A stretch of DNA of 62,966 nucleotides, counting the filler, from Octopus bimaculoides (taxonomy: Eukaryota), in assembly GCF_001194135.2 (NCBI RefSeq). It is 4 parts of 4 records of this genome, joined end to end, with 100 filler letters (N's around TTAATTAATTAA, not from the genome) between each part and the next. Parts side by side here need not be neighbours in the genome. Positions count along the whole stretch, not along the records: positions 1 to 29,164 come from NC_068981.1; 3 more parts are not named here. One strand, 5' to 3'. Below the pieces are notes generated by a model. That model was not told where the DNA came from. It made no database searches and was given only the letters and a program-made list of their open reading frames with translations. Positions 1-10,643 of this stretch are shown here, piece by piece. The translations under genes and the position numbers were made by a program. Position 1 is the stretch's first letter. Each line of letters starts with the position of its first letter.

Positions 1-68
<68 letters not shown>

Positions 69-112
69 TGATGATGATAATAACAATAATAATAATAATA
101 ATAATAATAATG

Positions 113-164
<52 letters not shown>

Positions 165-186
165 TGGTGATAATAACAATAATAAT
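1..186. repeat. (AAT)n microsatellite with ATG/AAC variants
   Basis: Directly visible trinucleotide run. Confidence 0.97.
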
Positions 187-316
187 TCTTTCAAATTTTG
201 GCACATTTTAAGGGGAAAGGGCAAAAATAATAATAGCAATTCTAAAGGAAGAATCAACATAGATAATCTTTATTGATTCTGCTCTTATAATTACTGGTTT
301 TCTTATTATAGAGATG

Positions 317-332
317 GTGTGTGTGTGTGTGT

Positions 333-417
<85 letters not shown>

Positions 418-425
418 TGCGTGTG
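317..425. repeat. (GT)n microsatellite
   Basis: Directly visible. Confidence 0.97.
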
Positions 426-849
426 GTGCCAACTAGTAGTCACTTTAGTGACGTCTATACTTCTGCCTTTCGGTTGTAAATTGCGAATATGCCACTTTTA
501 TAATTTATAATTTTCACTTTTACCATTTACGAAATCAGCGTACGAGTTCTACAGTAACATATAACCTGACTAGGCGAGCTAGCTTAACCCTAAGCAGATG
601 GGTATGAACCATTGACGAGCATTAATCAAATGTGAAATCACTGGTGATCTTGGCTATGCCCCGGATGCTGTAGGGAGCCAGCCTCCCTTGTCAGTCTTAA
701 AATCAGTGCTTTCTCGTGGCTAAGAGTTGTTTTGACTCTTATTTCTAGCAATGCTGGCGCTAACTAGTACCCTTAGTTACTTTAGTTTTTAGTTCTATCT
801 ATCTACACACACACACACACATATATATGTGTGTGTGTGTGTGTGTGTT

Positions 850-1828
850 GGAATCCGTGGAAAACTTCTACACTGGATTAAGTATTGCTTGGAGAATAGA
901 ACACAAGAAGTTGTGGTCGATGGAGTCCACTCAAGCCCACCAAAAGTCACCAGTAGTGTTCCTCAGGGGACTGTCTTAGGCCCACTCCCTTTTATAATTT
1001 TTATAAATGACCTTTCTAGCGTCGTAAATCATTGCAAAGTGAAAATATTTGCTGATGGTACTAAGATCCAGCAAATCATCAATGAAGAAGAAGACCGAAC
1101 CCAACTCCAGACTGATCTATAAGCTGTGAGTCAATGGGCAGATAAAAACAAAATGAAACTGAACGAGGGAAAATTTGAGCTGATGCATTTTGGAAGAAAG
1201 TCTATACTAAAACAGCCATACTCTCTTCCTTCAGGGGAACCGCTCACGGCATCCAACAATATCAGAGATCTGGGTGTAACTGTTGACAACAATCTCAATT
1301 GGAGTGCCCACATCAACAATAATGTCAATATAGCCCGTAGGATGAGCTCCTGGATCTTAAGAACCTTCCGGTCCAGAGAACAAGGTGTCATCATTCTACT
1401 TTTCTCCTCCTTTGTACGGCCACACCTCGAATACTGCTGCCCCCTGTAGTCTCCCCATACAAAACAAAACATCTCGAGGATTGAATCACCCCAGAGGGCA
1501 CTCGCTAAACGAATTGAAGGCATGACTGATCTTGATTACTGGGACCGCCTTAAAACCTTGAAGCTCTACTCTCACCAGCGCCGCTGCGATCGGTACATCA
1601 TCTGTACGATGTGGAAAATATACAACCAGCATTGCCCAAACGACCTGAACATTAGTTTCAAGGTTCATCCAAGGCTGGGACCACGGGCTATACGTACCCT
1701 GTCCAATTCAAGATCACAACATAGAGGTACACTATATGGATCCTATCAGCTTTAAACGGAGTCTAGACAGATTTCTTCAACGAATACCAGACAACTCACT
1801 CAATAAGAACTCACTACTTGAATGGACG
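850..1828 (+). mobile_element. 5'-truncated CR1/Crack-like non-LTR retrotransposon, RT C-terminal half (pseudogenised)
   Basis: Translates to VTSSVPQGTVLGPLPFIIFINDL...KIFADGTKI (FADD mutated to FADG), ...RDLGVTVDNNLNW...VRPHLEYCCPL*SP, ...LKLYSHQRRCDRY; contains stops and frameshifts. Confidence 0.9.
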
Positions 1829-1842
1829 ATAAACAAAACTTG

Positions 1843-2709
1843 ACTGTGCAGTGAATATATTGTCGTGTAAATTACATGCAAAAATGAAAATAACACTGAC
1901 AACTCATTTTAACAATGTTTATCAAAATCACATAAAAATATCTTGAAATACTAAAGAGTAAATTCATTCAATAAAATCGCCATTGGCTTCAACAACGGCC
2001 TCCAGATGACTTCGGAATCTCCTGCAACTCTTCTGGGCGGTCTTCTTGTTTAGGATGGTGAATGCTGCCGTAATCCTTGCTTTCAGTTCATCTTTGGAGT
2101 TACAAGGAGTTTTGTTGGTCTCTCGCTCAACTGTGCCCCATGCATAATAATCAAGGGGGTTGCAGTCTGGGAAGTTAGGTGGCCAAATGTTAGGGGTGAT
2201 GTGGTCATAGAAATTGTCTGACAATCACGACTAGGTTCTCCTGCTTGTGTGGCATGGTGTAGAGAGTCCTGTTGCCAGACATAGGGTGTTCCAACAGCCA
2301 CCCTCTTGACCCAGGACAACACTACCTTCTCCAGGCACTTGATATAGGCCGAGTGGGAAGATGAATGGAGGCATCACGTCGCCATCACTAGTGATCACTC
2401 CAAACACCATGATGTTGACTAGATGTTTGATTTTTATCACTCAGTACATGTTTTGGGGACACGGTAAGCCAACGGTTGTTCTGTGTCTTCACCATCCGTT
2501 CGTATTGAAGTTTCCGGCGCGAATGTGAAGCAGTACAGCATGACGTTTCCAAATTTCTGGCAGAGTGAATTGCGTCATGGTGCTGTTTTTCACACAGACG
2601 GTGCCCAACTGACCCTACCAAACTGAGTGGTCGACAAAATCAAAAGCAACCAATGCGCATGCATGAAATTATAAATAGAATATGACAACAATTTAACCAT
2701 TGCACCCAG
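1843..2709 (-). mobile_element. maT/DD37D-type Tc1-mariner transposon, internally deleted
   Basis: Minus strand PYVWQQDS..., IWPPNFPDCNPLDYYAWG...LEAVVEANGDFIE*; imperfect ~25-bp TIRs (ctgtgcagtgaatatattgtcgt / acaacaatttaaccattgcacccag) with TA at 2710. Confidence 0.85.
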
Positions 2710-3020
2710 TATATAAATAGATAAATAGATTCACACACTCACAAATACACGTACATACACACACACACGCACGCGCACACATAGAAACACACACACACAC
2801 ACACACAAACATACACGTTAGCTTAATGTTGTTAAATTTCTCTAGGATCGTTGTAAAGAAATCTTGAAACTTTTGACTTACAATGTTTTTCGTTATGTCT
2901 ATCTCTCATTCTCTCTCTCCCACTCCCTCTTTTCTCTCATCCCCACTCACAACACGCGTGCGCGCGCGCGCACACACACACATACACACGCTCACACAAT
3001 CTACATTCAATTTTAATATA

Positions 3021-3933
3021 TAGGGTTATCCCATAAATAATGCAGTTTTTTCAATTGCATGAACTAAGAGTTAGAAAGGAATGGGATAAACTACCTGCAT
3101 CAACTTGCTATAAAAGCAAGTAGTAATTTTACCTTGTCCTTATTCTTAGTGCAAGTTTTGAAAATTGCAGTTCGATTTTAACAATAACTTTTTTCCAAAG
3201 CTATAATGGAAGTGACAAAGGAGTATATTCGGCATATTTTACTTTATGAATTCAATAAAAGCGACAACGCAACGGAAAGTGCGAGGAATATAAATGCAGT
3301 CTATGGGGATCGGATAACAAGCGTAAGCCAGTGTTAACGGTGGTTCCAGAAATCCCAAGCCGGAAACTACAGCCTAGAAGACGAGCGTCGTCCTGGAAGA
3401 TCTGTAGAGCTCGAGAAGGACGTCCTGAAAATCCTGGTGGAACAAAATTCCATCGTAACTGTTGAGGAACTAACAGAGAAACTTGGATTCCGTCATTGAA
3501 TCATTCATCAACACCAGCGCTAGAAGCAAAAACCATCATCTTTGGTTTGAAGACGTAAGGTGTTCTTCTATCAGGATAATGCTCGGCCACATACAGCGAG
3601 GATGACATTCTAAAGGCTGGAGCAGTTTGAATGGGAAACGATGCTCCACCCATCATATTCGCTGGACAATGCCCCATTTGAATATAATTTATTCCGCAAT
3701 CTTCAAAATCATTTGGACGGAAAAACTATGAATTCTGTAGACGTGGTCAGAACAATATTGGAGGAGTATTTTTCGTGATGGACAAGTGAATTTTGGAAGA
3801 GGGGCTTTGCAAGTCTACCAGATAGATAGAAGAGTATTGTAGAAAACGGAGAGTATATTTTAGATTAAAAAATAACTTTGTTATCTTAAGTTTGAAAACT
3901 AGAAGAAGTATGAAAAACCGCATTATATATGGG
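3021..3933 (+). mobile_element. mariner (DD34D-type) transposon with large internal deletion
   Basis: MEVTKEYIRHILLYEFNKSDNATESARNINAVYG..., EDERRPGRS, then jumps to FYQDNARPH...HPSYSLDNAPF; TIR cccataaataatgcagtttttt matches the reverse complement of aaaaaccgcattatatatggg, which runs into the N-gap. Confidence 0.88.
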
Positions 3934-4799
3934 NNNNNNNNNNNNNNNNNNNNNNNNNNNNNNNNNNNNNNNNNNNNNNNNNNNNNNNNNNNNNNNNNNN
4001 NNNNNNNNNNNNNNNNNNNNNNNNNNNNNNNNNNNNNNNNNNNNNNNNNNNNNNNNNNNNNNNNNNNNNNNNNNNNNNNNNNNNNNNNNNNNNNNNNNNN
4101 NNNNNNNNNNNNNNNNNNNNNNNNNNNNNNNNNNNNNNNNNNNNNNNNNNNNNNNNNNNNNNNNNNNNNNNNNNNNNNNNNNNNNNNNNNNNNNNNNNNN
4201 NNNNNNNNNNNNNNNNNNNNNNNNNNNNNNNNNNNNNNNNNNNNNNNNNNNNNNNNNNNNNNNNNNNNNNNNNNNNNNNNNNNNNNNNNNNNNNNNNNNN
4301 NNNNNNNNNNNNNNNNNNNNNNNNNNNNNNNNNNNNNNNNNNNNNNNNNNNNNNNNNNNNNNNNNNNNNNNNNNNNNNNNNNNNNNNNNNATATATATAT
4401 ATATACATAGACACACAAATTAAATGCACGAAAGTACTGGGTTTCGTTCCTTCACATTTAAGTTCGAATCTCGCTGAAGTCTACTTTTCTTCCCTCCGAG
4501 GTAGAAAAAATACCGTTAGCCTTTCAAGCTTAATTTAATTTTACTATAACCCGTCGGTAAAAATGATTGCGTGGCTTTGTGCTAAAGTTAGGGATGTTTC
4601 AGTGGTGGTGGTGGTGACGTAGCAGAATCGTTGTGACATTTGTTTCGGCTCCTAACGTTTTGAATACAAATCCCTCAAGGAATCAAGATCAAATTTACAT
4701 TTATAGTCTTGAAAATCGATAACATATAATATCAATAAAGTACTGAATTTTATGTAATTGACAAAATTTCAACCCGGAATTCTTGGGTTTGTGCCTATA

Positions 4800-5230
4800 T
4801 TATTACCTTCGCTTACGTGGAGGTATTGTTTTCAGTCGCGCTTATTTGTTTGTTTGACTGTGGCAAGATATCTCAACAACCGCTGGATGGATTCGGATGA
4901 AACTTTCAGGGATGTTTGGCCTCGTGATTGGCACGAACTGATTAGATTTTGGGATTGATCCATTACAGGAGAAAGATTCTGGATTACTATTTTTTTTTTT
5001 TTTAACAGAGCGGTCGGGTTCATTTTTAGTATTCTCATTTGTGAGAGCGGTTAAGTTTATTTCAGATATTCTCATCCAAAAATCATGTCTGGCNNNNNNN
5101 NNNTAGTATTCTCATTTGTGAGAGCGGTTAAGTTTATTTCAGATATTCTCATCCAAAAATCATGTCTGGCTAATCGTTGAGAGGACGTTGGTGTTGCCTT
5201 GGCAGAGGTTTGTGCTCTCTGAGTGCTCTT
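4800..5230 (+). mobile_element. Helentron-associated (HINE/DINE-like) non-autonomous element
   Basis: 5' ttattaccttcgc...ggaggtattgttttc, internal (GTTT)n, sub-terminal inverted ccttggcagaggt followed by tgtgctctctgagtgctc; architecture resembles HINEs, family assignment inferred. Confidence 0.5.
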
Positions 5231-5254
5231 CTTCTTCTTCTTCTTCGTCTTCTT

Positions 5255-5285
<31 letters not shown>

Positions 5286-5325
5286 TTATTATTATTATTA
5301 TTATTATTATTGTTGTTGTTGTTGT

Positions 5326-5530
5326 TGTGGCGAGCTGACAGAATCGTTAGCACGCTGATCAAAATGCTTAGCAGCATTTCGTCCGTCTTTACGTTCTGAG
5401 TTCAAATTCCGCCGAGGTTGACTTTAACTTTCATCCTTTCTGGGTCGATAAAATAAGTACCGTTGAGTACTGGAGTCGATGTATTCGACTCATCCCCATA
5501 CCCCGAAATTGCTGGCTTTGTGCCAAAATT
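5326..5530 (+). mobile_element. tRNA-type SINE family A, full copy
   Basis: gtggcgagctgacagaatcgttagca... B-box-like gagttcaaattcc, core ctttcatcctttctgggtcgataaaataagtacc, (ATT)n tail. Confidence 0.85.
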
Positions 5531-5623
5531 TGAAACCATTGTTATTATTATTATTACCCTCATCATCATCATCATCATTATTATTATTATTAATATTATT
5601 ATTATTATTATTATTATTATTAA

Positions 5624-5757
5624 AGTGGTAAGCTGGCAGAATCACTAGCACGCCGGGAAAATGCTTAGCAGCATTTCGTCCGTCTTTACGTTCTGGGTCG
5701 ATGTAATCGACTTGCCTCTCCCCTAAAATTTCAGGTCTTGTGTCTATAGTAGAAAGG
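5624..5757 (+). mobile_element. SINE family A, internally deleted copy
   Basis: Same head; gttctg joined directly to ggtcgatgtaatcgac; (ATT)n tail. Confidence 0.8.
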
Positions 5758-5799
5758 ATTATTATTATTATTATTATTATTATTAAAAGCCGCAATACG

Positions 5800-6400
5800 G
5801 TGAGGTGGAAGAAACCGTTAGTACACCGGACAATATGCTAAGCAGTATCTCTTCCGGCTTTACGTTTTGAGTTAAAATTCCGCCGAGGTCGACTTTGCCT
5901 TTCATTCTTTCGGAGTTGATAAAATAAAGTGTCAGTCGATATAATCGACTCGCCTCTTCCCACAAGATTTAAGGTTTTGTACCTATAATAAAATCCAAGA
6001 ATTTTTAAAGGCAGCCGATTGGTAGAATCGCTATAGCGTCAGATAAATACCTTTTAGTATTTAGTTATAGCTCGTTAAATCCTGACTTCAAATCTCACTG
6101 ATATAAGGGTTTGACTTTTATCCCTGCGGGATCAATAGAAATAACGTAGTAGAGTGCCAATCAAAACGCTGGCGTCAATATAATAGATTATTCTAGGTTT
6201 TGTACATAAATTGGAACCAATTATTTAAGTCGGTGAGATGGCAGAATCACTAGAAGGTCGGATAAAATGCCTTGCGGTAATTGTTCTTGCTCTTTACGTT
6301 CTGATTTAAAATTCTGTCAAGGTCAACTTTGTTTTCATTCCCCTCCAGGGCCGCTTAATTGGAATATCGGTAAAGTACTGATGTGGATAATATAATCTAA
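5800..6400 (+). mobile_element. Three further tandem SINE family A copies (~5800-5990, 6008-6215, 6226-6400), more decayed
   Basis: Repeated head, B-box-like and core motifs. Confidence 0.75.
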
Positions 6401-6434
6401 CCCTAACACCCTTCACAATCTTCACTCTTGTAAT

Positions 6435-6537
6435 TGGCACTCCGTCGGTTATGACGACGAGTATTCAGTTGATCCGACCAATGGAACAGCTGCGCGTGAA
6501 ATAAACGTGCAAGTGGTTGAGCACTCCACAGACACGC
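6435..6537 (-). mobile_element. SINE family B 3' end
   Basis: Reverse complement of the 10550-10643 tail. Confidence 0.8.
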
Positions 6538-6538
6538 A

Positions 6539-6627
6539 AGGCGGCGAGATGGCAGAAACGTTAGCACACTGGACGAAATGCATAGCGGTATTTCGTCTGC
6601 TGTTATGTTCTGAGTTCAAATTCCGCG
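6539..6627 (+). mobile_element. SINE family A head fragment
   Basis: aaggcggcgagatggcagaaacgttagcac...gagttcaaattccg. Confidence 0.8.
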
Positions 6628-6879
6628 AGAAGCTCTATCCAACATTCTAACGACTCTGCCAATTCGCTGTCTTCAACCAGAACTAACGTAGGTTTTAAAC
6701 GTTGTCTTTTTTTAAAGTTTCCTTATTACTTAATGTGCATATACAAGGCTTTAAGGCACCAATTTCATTTCTATCGCCTGACACAACCTACTAGAAATAG
6801 CAGCAAAAAGTCTCCCATGTACTATCCTAACATCTTAAAAATAAAAGAACATTAGCTAATTTAAATTTAGTCCAAAGTA

Positions 6880-7143
6880 CAGTGAAGGTGAAGCTAAAAT
6901 TTCCTTCTCGAGTCACGTCGATTCATAAAGGTCGGTTTCCCGGTTTCCATGGCGTATGTATTCCCCACATGGACGGAACGCCGATCCGTCGTAGAATTAC
7001 TCATTTTTGCCAGCTGAGTAGACTGGAGCAACACGAAATGAAGTGTTTTGCTCAAACGCACGACGCGTCGCACGGTCCAGGAATTGAAACCACAAGCTTA
7101 CGATCATGAGTCCAACACCCTAACCACTAAGCCACGCGCCTTC
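6880..7143 (-). mobile_element. tRNA-derived SINE family C
   Basis: Minus-strand head gaaggcgcgtggcttagtggttaggg...ggtttcaattcctggacc with A and B boxes; related copies at 28650-28845 and 47990-48080. Confidence 0.75.
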
Positions 7144-7354
7144 ACTAGCCACAGTATTATAACTGAAAAAAGACAGATGGTCACGGTTGGAACGACTTTG
7201 ATCCTAAGTCTCTTTCATAGGAGCTATTAACCAGCATCAACAGCAATGCGGTTAAATAACATCAACAGCAGTAGCAATCTCTAATTTCAAAAATTATTTC
7301 CGAAGATAGGTTCACAAGAAATGTTAAACAGGTGTATGTCAGATATAATAACAA

Positions 7355-7404
<50 letters not shown>

Positions 7405-8035
7405 AGGATCTCATTTCGTTACTAGTGCCAATTTCCTTTCCTTCAGAGACAATTCAGAATTGGCAGAACTGTCTTATTGTATTATGAAGATTAATAAGAA
7501 AATGCAATATGGAAGAGAGAGAGAAAGATATGTATATATTTATATATATATATATATATATATNNNNNNNNNNNNNNNNNNNNNNNNNNNNNNNNNNNNN
7601 NNNNNNNNNNNNNNNNNNNNNNNNNNNNNNNNNNNNNNNNNNNNNNNNNNNNNNNNNNNNNNNNNNNNNNNNNNNNNNNNNNNNNNNNNNNNNNNNNNNN
7701 NNNNNNNNNNNNNNNNNNNNNNNNNNNNNNNNNNNNNNNNNNNNNNNNNNNNNNNNNNNNNNNNNNNNNNNNNNNNNNNNNNNNNNNNNNNNNNNNNNNN
7801 NNNNNNNNNNNNNNNNNNNNNNNNNNNNNNNNNNNNNNNNNNNNNNNNNNNNNNNNNNNNNNNNNNNNNNNNNNNNNNNNNNNNNNNNNNNNNNNNNNNN
7901 NNNNNNNNNNNNNNNNNNNNNNNNNNNNNNNNNNNNNNNNNNNNNNNNNNNNNNNNNNNNNNNNNNNNNNNNNNNNNNNNNNNNNNNNNNNNNNNNNNNN
8001 NNNNNNNNNNNNNNNNNNNNNNNNNNNNNNNNNNC

Positions 8036-8328
8036 TGAGCACTCCACAGACACGTGTACCCTTAACGTAGTTCTCGGGGATATTCAGCGTGACACAGTGT
8101 GACAAGGCTGACCCTTTGAATTACAGGCACACCAGAAACAGGAAGTAAGAGTGAGAGAAAGTTGTGGTGAAAGAGTACAGCAGGGTTCGCGACCATCCCC
8201 TGCCGGAGCCTCGTGGAGCTTTAGGTGTTTTTCGCTCAATAAACACTCACAACGCCCGGTCTGGGAATCGAAACCGCGATCCTGTGACCGCGAGTCCGCT
8301 GCCCTAACCACTGGGCCATTGCGCCTCC
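8036..8328 (-). mobile_element. tRNA-derived SINE family B, young copy
   Basis: A box tggcccagtgg and B box ggtttcgattccc on the minus strand; near-identical to 10224-10643. Confidence 0.9.
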
Positions 8329-8544
8329 ACGACACCTCATGTATACAAGACTTTTAACGCAGAATCCTTTTCTCTAACCCACCGCACTGTATCAACATGT
8401 TTTTAACCTCGGCAAGATTTGAACACAGACCGCAACAAAGAGGGAACAAATGTCGTGTAGTAGTCTACTCACTATTCTAACGAGTGTTGATGCGCTCCTT
8501 TCGATCAGAAATAATCTTAAGTTTCAATTTTCTCTTTTTAGTTT

Positions 8545-8760
8545 TTACTTGTTTTAGTCTTTAGACTGTGGCCATGCTGGGGCATCGCCTCGAAGAGTTT
8601 TTAGTAGAATGAATCGACTCCAGTATTTCATTTAAAAGATTTCTCTTTTTTTTTGTTTTTGCTAAGCCTGATACTTATTTTATCGGTCTCTTTTGCCGAA
8701 TCGCCAAGTTACGGGGACAAAAACACACCAACAAGTGGTTGTCAAGCGGTAGTGGTGGAC
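8545..8760 (-). mobile_element. Composite SINE family D, 3' module
   Basis: gactgtggccatgctgggg...aaccgc-like...gtccccgtaacttggcg module. Confidence 0.8.
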
Positions 8761-8794
8761 ACACACACACACACACATATGCAAGGCAATCTTC

Positions 8795-9145
8795 TTTCTT
8801 CTACTATAGCTTTGGGCTAAACAAAAATCTTTTGAGTGAATTTGATAAACGGAAACTGAAAGAAGCTCGTTGTGTGCGTGCATGCGTGCGTGCGTGTGTG
8901 TGTGTGAGAGAGAGAGAGTGCGCGCGCGTGTGTATGTGTTTGTGTCTGTGATTGTCTTCCACCACGCCTGACAACCGGTGTAGGTGTGTTTACATTCCCG
9001 AAACTTAGCGGTTCAGCAAAAGGACTCGATAGAATAAGTAAATGCCAGGCTTAAATTTAATACTGGAGTCGATTCGATAGACTAAAAATTTTTCAAGGCG
9101 CTGCCCCAGCATGGCTGCAGTCTAGTGAGTGAAACAAGCGAAAGA
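8795..9145 (+). mobile_element. Composite SINE family D (core, microsatellite, 3' module)
   Basis: cttctactatagc...acggaaactgaaagaagc, (GT)n, ...ccagcatggctgcagtc. Confidence 0.8.
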
Positions 9146-9229
9146 TAAAAGACAAAATAGTTTTAAATGCACAAAATCTGGAAAAGAAAAAGAGAAAGAA
9201 AACAAAAGATAGTGTACTCACGGTAAAAG

Positions 9230-9388
9230 CAGGGCCATCTTAGTAGCATTTTAGGACCCCAGGCAAATCAGTATAGTGGGATCTGTGTTATTTATTTATT
9301 GACAGCAAACCACACTATCATTCGTCAAAATTGGGTCCCTACACTCGTGTAGTAAATGCGCAGTGTGCTCATACCTTAACTGGCACTG
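9230..9388. mobile_element. hAT-type MITE
   Basis: Termini cagggcc/ggcactg; degenerate 8-bp flanking duplication ggtaaaag / ggtaggag (6/8). Confidence 0.6.
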
Positions 9389-10223
9389 GGTAGGAGCACC
9401 TTTGATCTGTTCGACATGAGACTAAACAACGACATCATTGAACCGTCTCCTCCACAGTATAATAGATTGGAATATTGAGAATGAATTATATTTGCCAGAG
9501 ATAGAAGACACGAATCATCGACCCGACATACAACAGTATGTTGGTACGTAAATATTACTGGAAGCTGGTACGTTGTCCCTACAACGATATGTGCCACAAA
9601 AAAAACAAACAAAAAAAACAACAAAACCCCCTCAAAAAATAGTTAATTGTTAGTTTTGAGTATTTGATTATTTTATATTCTTCAATCCAAAATTGAAGAC
9701 CTCATGTTCTTCGATCTAAATTGTAATATATAGGAAACTTCCGCAACTCCATACCACAATTATCAGTTCTGGACTTTGCTTACTCTTTCTCCTCTCTCTT
9801 TTTTTTTACCAATTCTACTACTTCCAATCAAACCAGAAAACGAGCCTCTACGTAATCGATCTAACTGTTCAAAGTAACAGTACTAAATATTCCTCAAACC
9901 ACATTTTAAAGTTTTTAATACACCCTAACCCTAACCCTAACCCGACATGTTCTTTAAATTGGACAGATTGGATAATGTAATACTCGATACCCATTAAAAA
10001 AACCTCAAAGAAATCAAAACCACAACGAGAATACTCTTAATCGTATGACTGATCGATTAACCATAACAACACCCAGTAACCACTTCCATATGAACTACCA
10101 ACCATATTCTTTCTACACATGCTTTTTTTACCATTCTCCTTCCTTATTTTACCAGGTGATATACTTCTGAAGGTTAATTTCAGTGTTCTCTCGATTGACA
10201 TCTTTGGTTATTATAACACTAAA

Positions 10224-10643
10224 GTGGAGGCGCGATGGCCCAGTGGTTAGGGCAGCGGATTCGTGGTCATACGATCGCGGTTTCGATTCCCAGACCGGGC
10301 GTTGTGAGTGTTTATTGAGCGAAAAACACCTAAAGCTCCACGAGGCTCCGGCAGGGGATGGTCGCGAACCCTGCTGTACTCTTCCACCACAACTTTCTCT
10401 CACTCTTACTTTATGTTTCTGGTGTGCCTGTAATTCAAAGGGCCAGCCTTGTCACACTGTGTCACGCTGAATATCCCCGAGAACTACGTTAAGGGTACAC
10501 GTATCTGTGGAGTGCTCANNNNNNNNNNAGAACTACGTTAAGGGTACACGTATCTGTGGAGTGCTCAGCCACTTGCACGTTAATTTCACGAGCAGGCTGT
10601 TCCGTTGATCGGATCAACTGGAACCCTCTGCGACGGAGTGCCA
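10224..10643 (+). mobile_element. tRNA-derived SINE family B, full-length young copy with TSD
   Basis: A and B boxes intact; 11-bp TSD ataacactaaa at 10213-10223 and 10647-10657. Confidence 0.92.

Noticed and set aside
9923-9943. Telomere or chromosome-fusion scar
   Set aside because: Only about three units inside a decayed repeat
8036-10643. tRNA genes
   Set aside because: A and B boxes continue into SINE bodies with TSD and tails; no full cloverleaf
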